Positions 1 through 12,651 of a DNA stretch of 64,000 nucleotides are shown here, one piece after another (the stretch's first letter is position 1; every line of letters starts with the position of its first letter). The notes under the pieces were generated by a model. That model did not search any database. It was not told where the DNA came from and was given only the letters and a program-made list of their open reading frames with translations. The translations under genes were made by a program, and so were the position numbers. Source of the DNA: Selaginella moellendorffii (taxonomy: Eukaryota; Plantae; Lycopodiophyta); assembly GCF_000143415.4 (NCBI RefSeq), contig NW_003314263.1, forward strand, positions 1,948,749-2,012,748, written 5' to 3'.

Positions 1-655
1 TATCCCATATTACGTTTAAAGCGTTATCTATATCACTTCGAGTTACACTACTACGTATCCAGACAAATGCAGTTACTTTAATAAGACCACTAGTAAGAAT
101 AATTTTCCAGTTCGATTTTGATTAAGGGAACTATAAATACGATTTTCACAATTACAAATATCTTCTTCAGAAAATCTTAAAGAATAAGGTAAAAATCCCC
201 ATTTATATCCATCACTCAATGAGTATGCTTTGTTTAGCAGATAACATAAATGGAAAAAAACGTGAAAAATATTTCTTCATTTTCTCTACAAAATTATAAC
301 CAAATCGCAAAAAGACATATATATTCACCTTCCATTTTTTGGATGGTAAAACCAAGACTAAATGGTCCACAGATGGAACATTTTAAATGTTAAATCTGGC
401 CTTCGGTGATGCCATTTGAAATGGCTCCAAATTAGCCATTTGGTATGATAGTCTGCTGCATATAGCCATGGAAGCAAATGGAACCAGGTTAGTGAAAATG
501 GGCAACATGAATGGATGATTCACCTAAAGTTCCTGGTCTGTTCTACAGTCAACAATTCAAACTTGTTTCCAAATATGTCCACGTGGCTGTTTGACTCGAC
601 GTTTTTACGAGTTCTAAGACTCTTAGATATTAAAAGGTTAAGTTTCCTCAACCTT

Positions 656-726
656 GCGCAGCTGGTGTAGTGGTATCATAGTACCCTCCCACGGTACTGA
701 CCGGGGTTCGATTCCCCGGCTGCGCA
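656..726 (+). tRNA. tRNA-Gly (anticodon CCC)
   Basis: Acceptor stem GCGCAGC/GCTGCGC plus discriminator A; anticodon arm GTACC-CTCCCAC-GGTAC; T-arm CCGGG-GTTCGATT-CCCGG; T-runs just downstream as Pol III terminator. Confidence 0.97.
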
Positions 727-785
727 ACTTTTGAAGTGTCTTTTTGAAAAAGTTTATAACTTTATGAGAGTCGCCTAGGTAGTGG

Positions 786-2900
786 ATGCGCGAGCAGCAT
801 CAATTTTGTTCGCTACTTCGCAGTTTCTCCAAAGAGCGGTCCCTCGCCCGGATCAAAAGGCTTCACGGAATTCTGCGAGAGAATGGCTATGATCGAGATG
901 ATACAATGCTGGGAAATGTTCTTGTCCAGGCATATGGGAACTGCGGGAACATTGAGGAATCTCGATTCGTGTTTGGGAGGATCCGGCACAGGAACATCTT
1001 CTCGTGGACAATCCTTCTTGTGGCAAATGCCCAAAATGGGCATCTTGAGGACGCTAGGCTTGTCTTTGATAGAATGCCACAGAGGAATCTTATCGCATCT
1101 AATGCAATCCTTGCGGCGTTTTGTAAGTCTGGGGATTTTGAATCAGCCGAAGATATGTTTGAGAAAATGGAGACTAAAAACACTGTCACGTCGAACACAA
1201 TGCTTGCCGCATATGCCCAAAATCGGCATTTGGATAAAACTCAAAAGTTCTTTGATATAATATTTGATCGGGATGCTTTTAGCTGGTCGATTCTCGTCAA
1301 TGCTTTTGCACAATGCGGCTATATGGATCACGCAAAGAACATTTTTGACCTGGCTCCACAGAGAGATTCTTCCCTTTGGAACGCCGTCATTGCGGGATAT
1401 TCTAGAAATGGAGATTCCGCGTCTGCTTTGGCTACGTTTCATGCAATGGATCTCCAGCCGGATCAAATTACTTTCGTTTCAGCAATCGATGCATGTTCGA
1501 CTGTCGAGGAATTGGAAGAAGTTCGTGAAAAGTTGGCGAGCTTTGATTTCAGCACGGCGGTTTACGTGGGAAACGCATTAATTGCGACGTATGGAAAATG
1601 TGGTCAGAGCATTTGTGCTAGAGATGTCTTTGATCAAATGCCGGCAAGGGATGTTCAAACGTGGAATACCATTTTAGCGACATATGCCCAAGCAGGGCAC
1701 ATGCGAAATGCTCAAGACACCTTTGAGAGAATGCCATCTCGAGATGTAGTAACGTTCAACTCCATGGTGGCAGCTTTTTCTCAAGACCGCAATCTTTCCA
1801 AGGCCAAAGAAATCTTTGATGAATGTCCGTGTGTGAACTTACAGTCCTGGAATGCTTTGCTCGCAGGAGTTGTAAACAATGAGCTAGCAAAACAGGCCAT
1901 TACACTCTTTGTCTCGATGGACTGTGAGGGCCTCCAGCCGAACAAGCTCACATTCTTGGCTGCCCTAGATGCTGCTGCGATGCTATGCTCATTGTCTCTG
2001 AGTGAAAAGCTACACGACGAAGTCACAGTTCTTGGCTTCGAGTCAGACGTTTTCATTGGAACATCACTTGTGACCCTGTACGGAAGATGCGGCAACGTAC
2101 CGAAAGCAGCTGCGGTCTTTGAAACAATGCGTTCGAGAAATCTGGTATCTTGGAACGCTATGCTTGCAGCATATGCCCATAATGGGCACTGCAGGAAAGC
2201 CATTGGGCTGCTGAAAACAATGGACGTTTCGGGTGTTCGTCCCGATAACGTCACCTTTGTGAGCGTTGCAGACGCTTGCTCCAACCTCGGAAGCCTGGCA
2301 ACCTCTCGACTTGTTCACAAAACCATGGCCGAAAGCGTGATTGACAAAACAAACGACGTTACTCTTTGCAACTCACTCGTAAACATGTATGCAAAGTGTG
2401 GCAGCGCTCGAGATGCGTGGAAGGTCTTCACAGCAATGCCGAAGCGAAACGCCGTGACTTGGAACTCTATAGTTGCAGCATTTGCCCAGAACGATCGGCC
2501 GCGCGAGGCTATCCATCTCTTCAACTTGATGTGTCTGGAAGGTGGCGCTCCAAACGAAGTTACGCTCTTGAGCGTTCTCGCGGCTTGTAGTCACGCTGGG
2601 ATGGTCGGACGAGGCTGGAGTTTCTTCCATTCCATGAGAGATGACTTTGGGGTGGCGCCCAAGATGGAGCACTACGCGTGCCTGGCGGATCAACTGGGCC
2701 GAGCTGGGCATTTGAAAGATGCTCAAGGGATCATTGATATCATGCCTTACGAGCCCCACTCCAATGCTCGAGTGGCGCTGCTAAGTTCCTGCGGTGTTCA
2801 CGGCGATGTTTCGATTGGAAAGTGTGCGTTTGATGAGCTCGTCGCTTTCGATCCGGAGAACGGAGCTTCGTATGTATTGGCTTCCAACTTCAAAGACTAG
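786..2900 (+). CDS. PLS-class pentatricopeptide repeat protein with E domain, no DYW (704 aa, intronless)
   Basis: Repeated PPR motifs (WNAVIAGYSRNG, NSLVNMYAKCG); C-terminal ACSHAG...HYAC...LGRAG...MPYEP...SYVLASN typical of L2-S2-E. Confidence 0.93.
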   Translation: MREQHQFCSLLRSFSKERSLARIKRLHGILRENGYDRDDTMLGNVLVQAYGNCGNIEESRFVFGRIRHRNIFSWTILLVANAQNGHLEDARLVFDRMPQRNLIASNAILAAFCKSGDFESAEDMFEKMETKNTVTSNTMLAAYAQNRHLDKTQKFFDIIFDRDAFSWSILVNAFAQCGYMDHAKNIFDLAPQRDSSLWNAVIAGYSRNGDSASALATFHAMDLQPDQITFVSAIDACSTVEELEEVREKLASFDFSTAVYVGNALIATYGKCGQSICARDVFDQMPARDVQTWNTILATYAQAGHMRNAQDTFERMPSRDVVTFNSMVAAFSQDRNLSKAKEIFDECPCVNLQSWNALLAGVVNNELAKQAITLFVSMDCEGLQPNKLTFLAALDAAAMLCSLSLSEKLHDEVTVLGFESDVFIGTSLVTLYGRCGNVPKAAAVFETMRSRNLVSWNAMLAAYAHNGHCRKAIGLLKTMDVSGVRPDNVTFVSVADACSNLGSLATSRLVHKTMAESVIDKTNDVTLCNSLVNMYAKCGSARDAWKVFTAMPKRNAVTWNSIVAAFAQNDRPREAIHLFNLMCLEGGAPNEVTLLSVLAACSHAGMVGRGWSFFHSMRDDFGVAPKMEHYACLADQLGRAGHLKDAQGIIDIMPYEPHSNARVALLSSCGVHGDVSIGKCAFDELVAFDPENGASYVLASNFKD

Positions 2901-2977
2901 ACGCTCTGATCTGTGGATGCAGTTTCTTTCGAAGAGTGATGCTGTAAAAATACAAAGATGGAGTGGCTAAGATGATT

Positions 2978-3962
2978 CTAGGATGGAGCAAGCAGCTCGC
3001 ACTGATAGTTTTGTACCTCGACACTAAACTTACAAACGGAAGCCTCTTCTTGCTCCTCGTCCTGCTGTTGCTGCTGCTGCTGCTGCAGCTGGCCATGCCT
3101 AGTTTGCTGCGCCTCCATCCTCCTTCGCAACTCTAGAGACATGAGTTTAGCCTGAGTGGCAATGAAACACGAGGCTTACTCTTGTTTGCAATCTCCTTTC
3201 TCGTGAGATCGAGAAACTCTTCCCAGGTGAGAGCATCCAGTTCGAGTTTAACGGTCTGAGAGAGCTCAAAGTTTGGGACCCTTCCACACATGTAAGCGGC
3301 CCTGCGAAGCCAAAGTTAGAAGGACTAGCGAGAGGCTTCACGCAATGAAGGAGAAGATATAGAAACTATACCCAAAAAACTAGCTAACCTGTCGTAGAGA
3401 TGAGCGGCATCTTCCTTTGTGGAGACAGTTCCAAGGTGCACTTGTTTCTTGCCGACTTTGATCGCGGATTGCCACTTCATGTTTTTGAAATAAACACCTC
3501 GCAAGCACAAGGTGTTGTGCTTCTTCCTCTGGTAAGTTCGCTTCTTTATCTCAAACTCTACACACCAGGAAGAAAGTTTAAGCATGTCGACATAGTTGTG
3601 ATTGTTTTGATCAATCGCTTACCAGCACTACGAGAACGAGAATGAGCACCATTCCCCGCTCCACTGCCAGTAGGCGATGAAAACTTCGCCAAAAGGCTCT
3701 AAAAGAGAAACAAATCGCGATAAGAAACAAGACCGACCAAGTTCCTCTCTACCTAGATCTTTACTTCATGCGAAACGAAGCTACTCCATACCTTGCTGCT
3801 TGTTTCAGGAGTACAAGGTCGCAAAGTTCTCTTCTTCCGTCGCTTAACAATCACTGTGCAAGCAAACAAGTCAAATGAGCTAAACGAATGGAGAAAAAAG
3901 GAGAGATTGAGGAGCTAACCTGCGGAAGCAGCGATTAATCGACGCCTTCTGATGCTAACCAT
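2978..3962 (-). CDS. AP2/ERF 'soloist' transcription factor (At4g13040-like), multi-exon
   Basis: Exon 1 MVSIRRRRLI (ATG 3962); AP2 exon RGVYFKNMKWQSAIKVGKKQVHLGT..AAHLYDR; next exon AAYMCGRVPNFELS..LTWEEFL; last exon with poly-Q, TAG at 2978. Middle exon boundaries uncertain. Confidence 0.88.
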
Positions 3963-4674
3963 GGAGTAGTATCCTGTCACAGCGTCACTCGTCAGCGAAT
4001 CCGGGAAGAAAACCTCCCTTGCGCTAGAAATCTTCGAGAGAACACTCACCTGGTGATTTAAGACGAATTTCTTGCTCCTTGCCAGCAGCCGATGCCGCAT
4101 TTGCAGATTTAGCTCGCTACACCGCAGCGCTACACGTGCTCGCTCGCGCGTTTAGGGTTCTTCTCTCGCGCACGGACATAGACTGTCGGAAAAACCCACA
4201 ATCCACTTTCCAGCTGTATATTCCGTTACTTGACGGTATGTTCCTCCTCCCTTTAAACCCTTTCACTGTCGTGAATATTCTTATTTTAGTACCGTTGGTA
4301 CTGCTAGGTCAAAGCGATGGCGCTTCGTTGATCGAGGTAACTCTCTTAGGGCTTTGCGATTCTTCTTATCGCATGCTTGCTCGATCTCTGGCCGTTCTGC
4401 GATTTAGCGCGCGAGTAAATCCATCGCCAGTGATTTTTCGCTGGAAATTGGATCATGGATCGGATTGCCGCTTGAATGTTCTTTATTCTTTGCAGCTTTT
4501 CTGTGTGGTGCATGTATTTATCTTTCGAATGTGATTTTTTATTTCTCACGTCCTTCCTGACAGTCAAGTTTCCAGAAGAAGTGTTTTTTTTTTTTTGTTC
4601 TTTTATCCGGAAGGAGAGAAAGAGGAAGGCAACCAAAATTACAGGATATGGACATTTCGTCCGGTTTCTAGTTT

Positions 4675-7600
4675 CTATACCGATGAAACTTCGAGTACCT
4701 CCGAATGGCTGCTTTTCTGGCTCGCTATCACCGGTGTTGACACCTTGAGAGCCGACGATTCCTCCGAGGTATGCTTCACTTCTCTGAGCAAAACAACCAC
4801 TTCTCTCATGGTTGGTCTTCCAGATGGCTTGGAGTTCGTGCAAAGCAGTGCTATCCCGAGAACTTGGAGCATCTCCTGGACTTCGGGGTCGGGCATTCCT
4901 TGCATCCTCGGCTCGAGCACCTCCACCGCGGAAGCCGACGTCTTCAGCTGCTCGCGTATCCACTTGACGAGGTCAACGCCTTCGCCGAATTCGTGCTCTA
5001 CAGCTCGTTTGTTGGTGAGGATCTCGAGCAGCACGACACCGAATGCGTACACATCGTTCTTGGTGGTGATCTTTAAGGTGTAGCCGTATTCTGGAGGGGA
5101 TGAGTAAAGCACTAAGTCACGGATGGCAATGAAAACAAAAGGTGGTACAAACCTGGGGCGATGTAGCCGTATGAGCCAGCGATCCTCGACACGGTTTTGG
5201 CACTCCGAGACACGTCCATCAGCTTGGCAACTCCAAAGTCTGCTATGCGAGCTTCCAGCTGGGAATCGATGAGAATGTTGGTGGACTTGATATCCCGGTG
5301 GACTATCGGCGGCACCGAGTCGTGATGGAGGTATGCCAGGCCTTCGGCAGCGCCAAGAGCGATGTTGTAGCGGACAGTCCAGTCGAGAGATTTCTGCTCC
5401 AGCAAAAGATCCGCAAGGCTGCCGTTTGGCATAAACTCGTACAGCAGCAGCATGGTGTCCTGGTTTGTACAGTAGCCGAGGAGACGAAGGATATTGCGGT
5501 GTCTTATCTGGCTCAGCGTGTCCACCTCGAGCTCGAACGGGATTCCGGAGCTGGACTCGCCTTTAGTCGTCATCCACAGGCTCTTCACGGCGAGAACTTC
5601 TCCGTTTGGCATCGCGCATTTGTAGACAGTTCCCGAGCTCCCGCGGCCGATGACGTTCGACGAGACGAGGTTCTCCAAGACATCAGTCAGTGCAAAGTTG
5701 AGCCTCTGGAAGGTGGTCAACTTCCAGGACCCGGGTGGATCCTGTTCGTGGTCCCACTCCCGGCTGGCGTTCCTCCTGGACGAAGAGACGACGCATATCA
5801 ATGCGCCGAGCAGTATCATCAGTCCCATGCCGAGCCCGAGAATGGCAGCTATGAGACTTCTTCGAGTGTGTGACGACTTACGTGACCGTTGTTCCGAGGC
5901 CGAGCATGCAGTCGATTCGCCGTTCCCGCAAAGTCCCGGGTTGCCAACGTATGCCGTGGGTGTCATGTTTCGGAAAACCGGGGAGTCGGGCAGCGGGCCT
6001 TTAAAGTTGTTGAAGGAAACGTTGAGATACGACAAGCCCAGGGTGCTGAGCGGCGCTAGAGTTCCTGTCAGATTGTTGTGGGACAAGTCCAAAGACTCGA
6101 GTCTCGATAGGTGGAGAAACTCTTTCGGAATCGGGCCCTGGAGCTGGTTGAAGCTGAGATTAAGTCCCATCTGCAAGCTGGTCATGGTTCCTAGAGACGG
6201 AGGAATGCTTCCAGCGAGACGGTTGCCACCGAGATCGAGCAAGCTCAATCTGGAACACCCGCTAAGTTCTCCGGGGACCGATCCCGTCAGCCGGTTGTCG
6301 TTGAGCTTAAGAAGCACCACATCGCCGAGACTGCCTAGTGCCGGAGGAATTGAGCCGTCGAGCCTGTTGAAGGAGAGGTCGAGCTTGTAGAGATTGGCGA
6401 GGCCACCAAACGTTGTCGGGATGCTTCCAGAGAGCTTGTTGCCGTGCAAGTCGAGCATTTGCAAGCTGGTTACTTTTCCCATGGCCAGAGGGAGGCTGCC
6501 TGTGAAGCGATTCCCGGAGAGCTCTACATACGTCAAATTCGGCAGCTTGCTGATGCTCTCGGGGATGCTCCCGCTCATGTTGTTCTGCTGGAGACGAAGC
6601 CGGTTCAAGCTGAGACACTGGCCTATAGCTTCCGGGATGGGACCAACCAGCTGGTTTGCGAACAAGTTGAGGTACATGATATTCTCGAGCTGGAAGATTT
6701 CCTTCGGAAGTGGCCCCGAGAGCTGGTTGCTGGAGAGGTCGATCCGGAAAAGCTGCCTGCAGTTCCCAAGAGTTGCCGGGATTGTACCAGTGAGCTCGTT
6801 GTCCCAGACGTTCAAAGTCTCCAGGTGCTCGAGACGGCCCAACTCCAACGGGATACTTCCGGACAGGTCGTTGGACTGCAGTTCGATATCGACCAGGAAG
6901 GTGCAATTGGAAAGCTCCACTGGGATTGATCCGGTCAGCCTGTTCAAGCTCAAGTCCAAGTATTGCAGCTGCTTGAGCTTTCCGAGCTCTTTTGGAATGG
7001 GACCGTCGAGCAAGTTCTGGGGGATATCCAGCTGGACGAGGTTGTAGCAATTGCCGAGCTCCGGAGGAATGCTGCCTTCGAGGCTGTTGTTCCATATCCA
7101 GAGCGCTTCCAGGTTCTCGAGCCGGCCATACGCGTATGGAATCTCACCTGTGAGCTTGTTCTCGAAGAGGGACAGCTCCAAGAGGTGCGTGCAGTTTCCG
7201 AGCTCCGCTGGGAGCGCTCCACTGAGCGAGTTCTGATGCAGATAGAGCGAGCGGAGCTTCGTCAAGCGGCCAATACTGGATGGAATGCTGCCTGTGAGTA
7301 AGTTCGTAGCAAAACCCAGAATTGTCAAGCTCTCACAGTTGCCAATCTCAGGGGGTATGGAACCTGTCAAGGCATTTCCTCCTGCTCGTACCTCTTGGAG
7401 TTTTTGAAGCTTTCCAATCCACGCTGGGATGCTGCCGCTGAGATGGTTGTCGGAGATGTAGAGAAGCTGGAGTTTGAGACAAGAAGCAAGAGTCGCAGGA
7501 ATCCCTCCGGACAAGAAGTTATGATTGAGGTGGAGCTCTTCCAGGTTGACCAGGTTCCCGAGCTCCCGCGGGATTTTTCCTATGAGCTGGTTGTGCTGGA

Positions 7601-7973
7601 GGTCGAGCGTTGTCAAAGCGGTGCAGTTTCCAAGCTGTGGAGGGATCTGGCTGGATATGTTGGCACTGGACAAGTTGAGAGTTTGCAGCGATGTGAGAAG
7701 TCCAAACTCAGCAGGAATGGTGGCTTGAAGATCCATGTAAGCAAGTGAGACGCTGACAACTTGACGCAAAGAAGAGCACTCGACACCAATCCAACCGCTG
7801 CAAGGATCACCTTGCGAAGCATTCCAACTCGACTCCAGTACGCTCCTGCTGCTGCCTTGTGCCGAGCCGAGGAGTGCGAGCAAAGCCTTGGCTCCCGGCG
7901 ACGGCGATACGGATTGACCGAGAAGGAGCGAGCCGAGCAGCAGCGTCCAGAAGAGGAGAAGGAAGCATCCCAT
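4675..7973 (-). CDS. LRR receptor-like kinase, subfamily XI, RGI/RGF-receptor-like (about 1078 aa; intron 5091-5152)
   Basis: Signal peptide, over 20 LRRs, TM helix, kinase (GRGSSG, HRDIKS, DFG, GSYGYIAP|EYGY across a GT-AG intron); ectodomain RAGG and RLR motifs. Confidence 0.93.
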
Positions 7974-8369
7974 TTTGCGGTGCCGTGTTCTTCCTTCTCC
8001 TCTTTCTCTTCTTCCAAATGCCGGTATGTTTGCTCGCTCTGCCGGGACTTATTCTAAACTCCGTGGTGATATTTTCCCTGCTAGAGCTGCGAGCTTGGAG
8101 GACAAGTCCCTCTTCATTACAAGCGCGCAGTTGGCAATCAATCAACAGCGGACCTGAAGAGACAAAACAGCTACCATATGGCTACTCCGTCGATAGATCC
8201 GCTGATCAAAATGTGGTCTCGCTGCTGGCTGCCAAAGTATGTGAGGGGGAATGCGAAAACACCACTCAGTGCCTGTCGGTCCTCGATGTTTTCTTTTAAG
8301 GCTACAGCAGAAGAGAAGCAATCAGGCAGGCGGCGGGCTAACACGGCAGCACCGCTCCATCACTCTTAA

Positions 8370-8390
8370 CTCTCTCTCTCTCTCTCTCCC

Positions 8391-8429
<39 letters not shown>
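8370..8429. repeat. (CT)n microsatellite upstream of the LRR-RLK
   Basis: Directly visible; a second (CT)n tract lies at about 9104-9137. Confidence 0.95.
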
Positions 8430-8434
<5 letters not shown>

Positions 8435-9097
8435 CTTAAGTTTTCTGAAAGCTTTTTTTCTACGACTAAAGCCTTTCTGTATTCATGTGCAGGGGGAAGG
8501 ACGAGGACAATGTGATCCAAGCAGCGATCCAAGCAGCGACTACGCAAAAGTTGGCCACCTCAACCGGAGATGACGACAGACAAGTAAGCCCCTCGCTCCC
8601 TCCCTGCTGCTTGCAATGTCATCTAGAACCAAGTGGCTCCCCTCGCGAACTTTTCTCTGCCGCTGTGCTGCAAGCGTAAAACTTTGATTTTATTTTTTCA
8701 AATCTTGCCTCTCCAGCCATGCCCTGGGTGTTACTCACTTTTTCTCAGGCCAAGGACCTCCAGATTTCACCATCAGGGCCAGAATCAATGCAGTAGCCCC
8801 AGAAAAACAGCAGAGAGCCGCCAGTGCTTGTAGAAAGAATGGCAGCGCAGCGATAAGAGCGAAGGAGAGAGAGAAGGAGAAAACAAAGAACTAGTGAGGC
8901 GCTCTCTGCTGTACAAGCCTGAGCCCGAGTGAAGCCTTAGCACTCTCCTTTTCGCTGCTGCCATGCATTGGTGGTGCTGTTGTTGCTGCTTTCTTTCTCA
9001 CTCTCCCCTCTCTCTCATAGTTGTTCCTCCTTCATTTCTGTGTGTGTGTGGTCTTTTTATATTCTTCCTGTCTGTCTTCCTGACTACAGAGCTGTGC

Positions 9098-9140
<43 letters not shown>

Positions 9141-9405
9141 CTGGTTTGTTTTTTTTGTTTTTCGTTCTCGGGAAAAAAAGTGTTATGGCTACTTTTTTTC
9201 TTCCCGGCTCCTGACAGTTATGGCATGGTCCCCTCAGAGTTCATTTAATCAAATGAATTGTTTTCCTATCGCTCATACAGGAAGCATGAGAGATTTCGAC
9301 CTGTGTGGTGAGTGACTGAGAACGATATATTCCCGCTCCTCTACTACACTGTGTGGTCCTCGAGCTAGAACTATGTTCATATTTTAATACTTGTTTCCTT
9401 TTCAT

Positions 9406-12400
9406 TGCCTTTTTGCCCCTCCAACTTTGCTTTCTTTGTGGTGGATAATGTTTTCTTTTTTTGGGTGAGCGCAGCACTGATTTTCACGAGTTTTCCAGAT
9501 TCGGGAATCTCACCCGTGGGATTAGTGCGGCCGGTGCACGAGACTAAATTTGTGGAGCTTATTAAGTGCGTGCTGGTGGCTACGACTTTGAGACGATCTT
9601 TGATCTCTTGCTACTTCGGGCTCCAAGGCGGATCTGCTTCCTCTACAAGGTACAGCCATTTCTTAACTTTTGCTTGTTTATTCTCCCTGGTCGGTAAGAC
9701 TGCGTCAAAATCTTACGCATCTTACCGCTCTCGTTTTCTGCAGTGCACAGGATGTTCTCGGTGACTAATGCCAAGACTTATTTAAAGAGGTGAGCGCCGC
9801 GTTCTGAGTTAAGTTAAAACTGGTGTTTTCACTCGCAGGTTCTCGCTACCGGAATGACGTCAATGTTCTCTCCATCGATTCACCGTGGCTTAGGTGTGAT
9901 GCCTCTCTCAATCAAGCTCCTGCTCGTTTTTCTAAGTTCTCCTACTTTAAAGTTTCTGGTACTACCTACAGTGGCTGGCTGACTGTTTCGCTTGTACAGG
10001 AGCGCGACTTTGTCTAGTCCCTCAAAGGTGGAGGTGGCGGAGTGGAAGTATACGCGACAAAATGAGAAGCTACATAGGTATGCTAGCTATGGGCAAATTG
10101 TGGTCCTTTCTCTTTGATACCATAACACACTTCTGCCTGCTTTTCCTGCCGCTGGGTGCTCCTTTCTGGGGGTTTGTTGTTTGGTTGAAGTGGAGAAAGG
10201 GAGAGGTGTATGTAAGCTAGAGGATCTTACCCTATAGTGTCCAGTCTACTCCAGCCAGAAGCCGCTAGAGGTCACTATTCCCCACTAAGTTCTCTTTTCT
10301 CTCTCTCTCTCTGAGCAGCCTTCGTTTCCCTTGTCCTCCTCTTAACGTGCTCTGACTGTATGTACAAGGTAAGATATTGTGTGTATGCTACTGTTCAATG
10401 ATACTCGTTACTTAGCTCTTGTCGGGATTGGCATGAGGTTCTCTTGTGCTGCAACTAACATAATGGAAGTTTTAGATTATACGTGGCAAATATTCGTTTG
10501 GTGGAGGAGAGGATGGGAATGAGCGGAGCTGAGCTCAACAATGTGTAGCTGCTGGCTGGCCTCTGCTAATCATTGTCATTGTTGGTGGTGATCCATATTC
10601 TCAATCGGCTATGCTGGAAGCGAGCACAAGGTACTTGAATTCTAGCGAGTTTCTATTTTGGAGTTTGGCAAGGAGCCACATAGCTACAAACCTTGTTGTT
10701 CCCCGCAGAGTTTTTCCTTATTGACTAATGGCTACATTCCTTTTGAATACAGACGAGCGAGCTATAGGCTATGGAGTTTATAATCTGGGCCAGCGTTAGT
10801 TATCAGGTACTTAAAACGTTTTTCCCGTCTCTTTCTCTCTTCCTGCTGTTCATTGATGTTGTTCCTAGGATCGATTCGTCTTCACCATGTATTCCAGTGG
10901 ATTCTATGCGGAGGAGCATTATGCAAGTCGCGGCAAAGCTTGTGCTGGACAGAATTTGTTTGGCATTTGGTGGGATCCTTTTGACGGCGTTATATCCGAC
11001 CATTGACTAATCTCTACATCGCAGGCTTGTCAGAATCAACTCTGGATCTTTACGATGGATTGTCACAGAACAGTGAACGCAAACTCGTTGTTGATCCATT
11101 CTCCAGCAAAATAGAATTGAGTTGTCAACGCGAGCACCAACGAAAGGTAAGTGGCTTCACTTTTTGGAAGCTATGCACTTTATCCGTCGACTACTGCTGA
11201 TGTCGGATTGATTCCATTGTCGTAGAATACTTGCGTCGTTTCTTGATCACTGCTGAGCGAATCACGAGCATTTCCACAGAATCTTTAGTACCAATCTACG
11301 GCGATTTTAGTCACAATCAGCTGTGCGATGGTTCGATCATAGAGGTACGTTTGGGCTATTTTTCTCCCGAAACATGGAATTTTGCTGAATGCTTTATTTT
11401 CTCCTTTTGTTCTTTACCCTTGGCATTTTGGAGGACGTCCACTTAACTGGCAAGGCAGTCCACTTGCGAACAGGGTTCCGTGGCATGACTTTCCGGTTTA
11501 GATTTCGAGGTGCCATATCTTTGTTACTAAAAACTTCCAGGTACTGTATGATCTGCGACAGAGATTGTAAAGCTCGGTCATATTCGCGAGGAATTTATAA
11601 AAAAAAGTGTGGCGGTCAAGCCAAAGGAGTACAATCAAGATGCATGACTTTGCAAGGTTTAGATTTCACCATATCTTGAGCTTCCTTCTGCGAACAACTT
11701 CTTCCTGGAAATGTTACTAGGCACCGTTTCTCTATGATCTGCGAAAGAGATTGTAAAACTCGGTTTTGTTTCATTCGCAAGGAATTGCCACACACTTCAT
11801 TCAAAGAACATTCCAGCTTAAGAGTCTCTCAAGCCAACGGAGTATAATCTTGTTTCATTTCTTCGTCCGGCAGGCACGAGAAATAAAACGCTACGTGTAC
11901 GCTCGACCACCACAAAGAGCCTGCAGACACCGTGAAGATCCAGAGCACTATCCACCACCATTCCTTTGTGCTGGCCGCTAAGTTATTAAGAGCGCCCACG
12001 TCAAACACAAAGTAATGCATCACCCACAGCGCCAAGCCCATGGGCAGATTTCGGTGGAGAAGCCTTGCTGCTTCTCGGAGTGCTCGCACCCCAGCGAATC
12101 CATCCAGCACCGCAACAGTAGCAGCAAGTGAAGCCACCATGGATAAGTATTCAGCGAAAGCCATCAGCGAGAATATCACGTTCACTTCGTCGTGAAGATA
12201 GCTCAAACTGAGGGCAAACTCAAGCGCTTGGATCAGCAACGAGCAGAGTGCAACGCTGAGCAGCGCCAACCACACCCTCGGCCTGAAGTGAAGAGCCTCC
12301 CACCTGGAAATCTCCTCGCCGCGGTGGACACGAGCAGCGGTGGAAACCAGCGAGGCCGTGGACACCGTCCACAAGGCCGCCGAGATTGCCAGGGAAGAGA

Positions 12401-12651
12401 GCAGCGCGATCGCTTGTTTCGCTGTGACGTCGGAGACCCATCGCAGGAACGATTCCACAACCGCAGAAGATATGAAGGGCCCCGAGGAGTTGATCAGACG
12501 AGCAAGAGGCTTCGGATCGAGGCCCAGGAAGCTCAAAACAGCGGGTACAAGAAAGACTTGGACTCCCGCCGCTGGAAGGATAACGGTGAGAGATAGGAAG
12601 AGTTTGCTCTCTTTTTGACAAATAATTCCTGCGGCTTTGGAGATTGCATGA
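9406..12651. repeat. Copy A of a ~3 kb inverted duplication (copy B 23987-26866)
   Basis: Near-identical ORF translations on opposite strands (10803..11003- vs 25571..25813+; 11389..11679+ vs 24922..25197-) and matching nucleotide sequence with indels. Confidence 0.93.

Noticed and set aside
1-650. AT-rich upstream region
   Set aside because: No ORF, repeat or motif that I could support.
5298-8299. Long antisense and alternative-frame ORFs over the LRR-RLK
   Set aside because: Shadow ORFs of a GC-rich, repetitive coding sequence.
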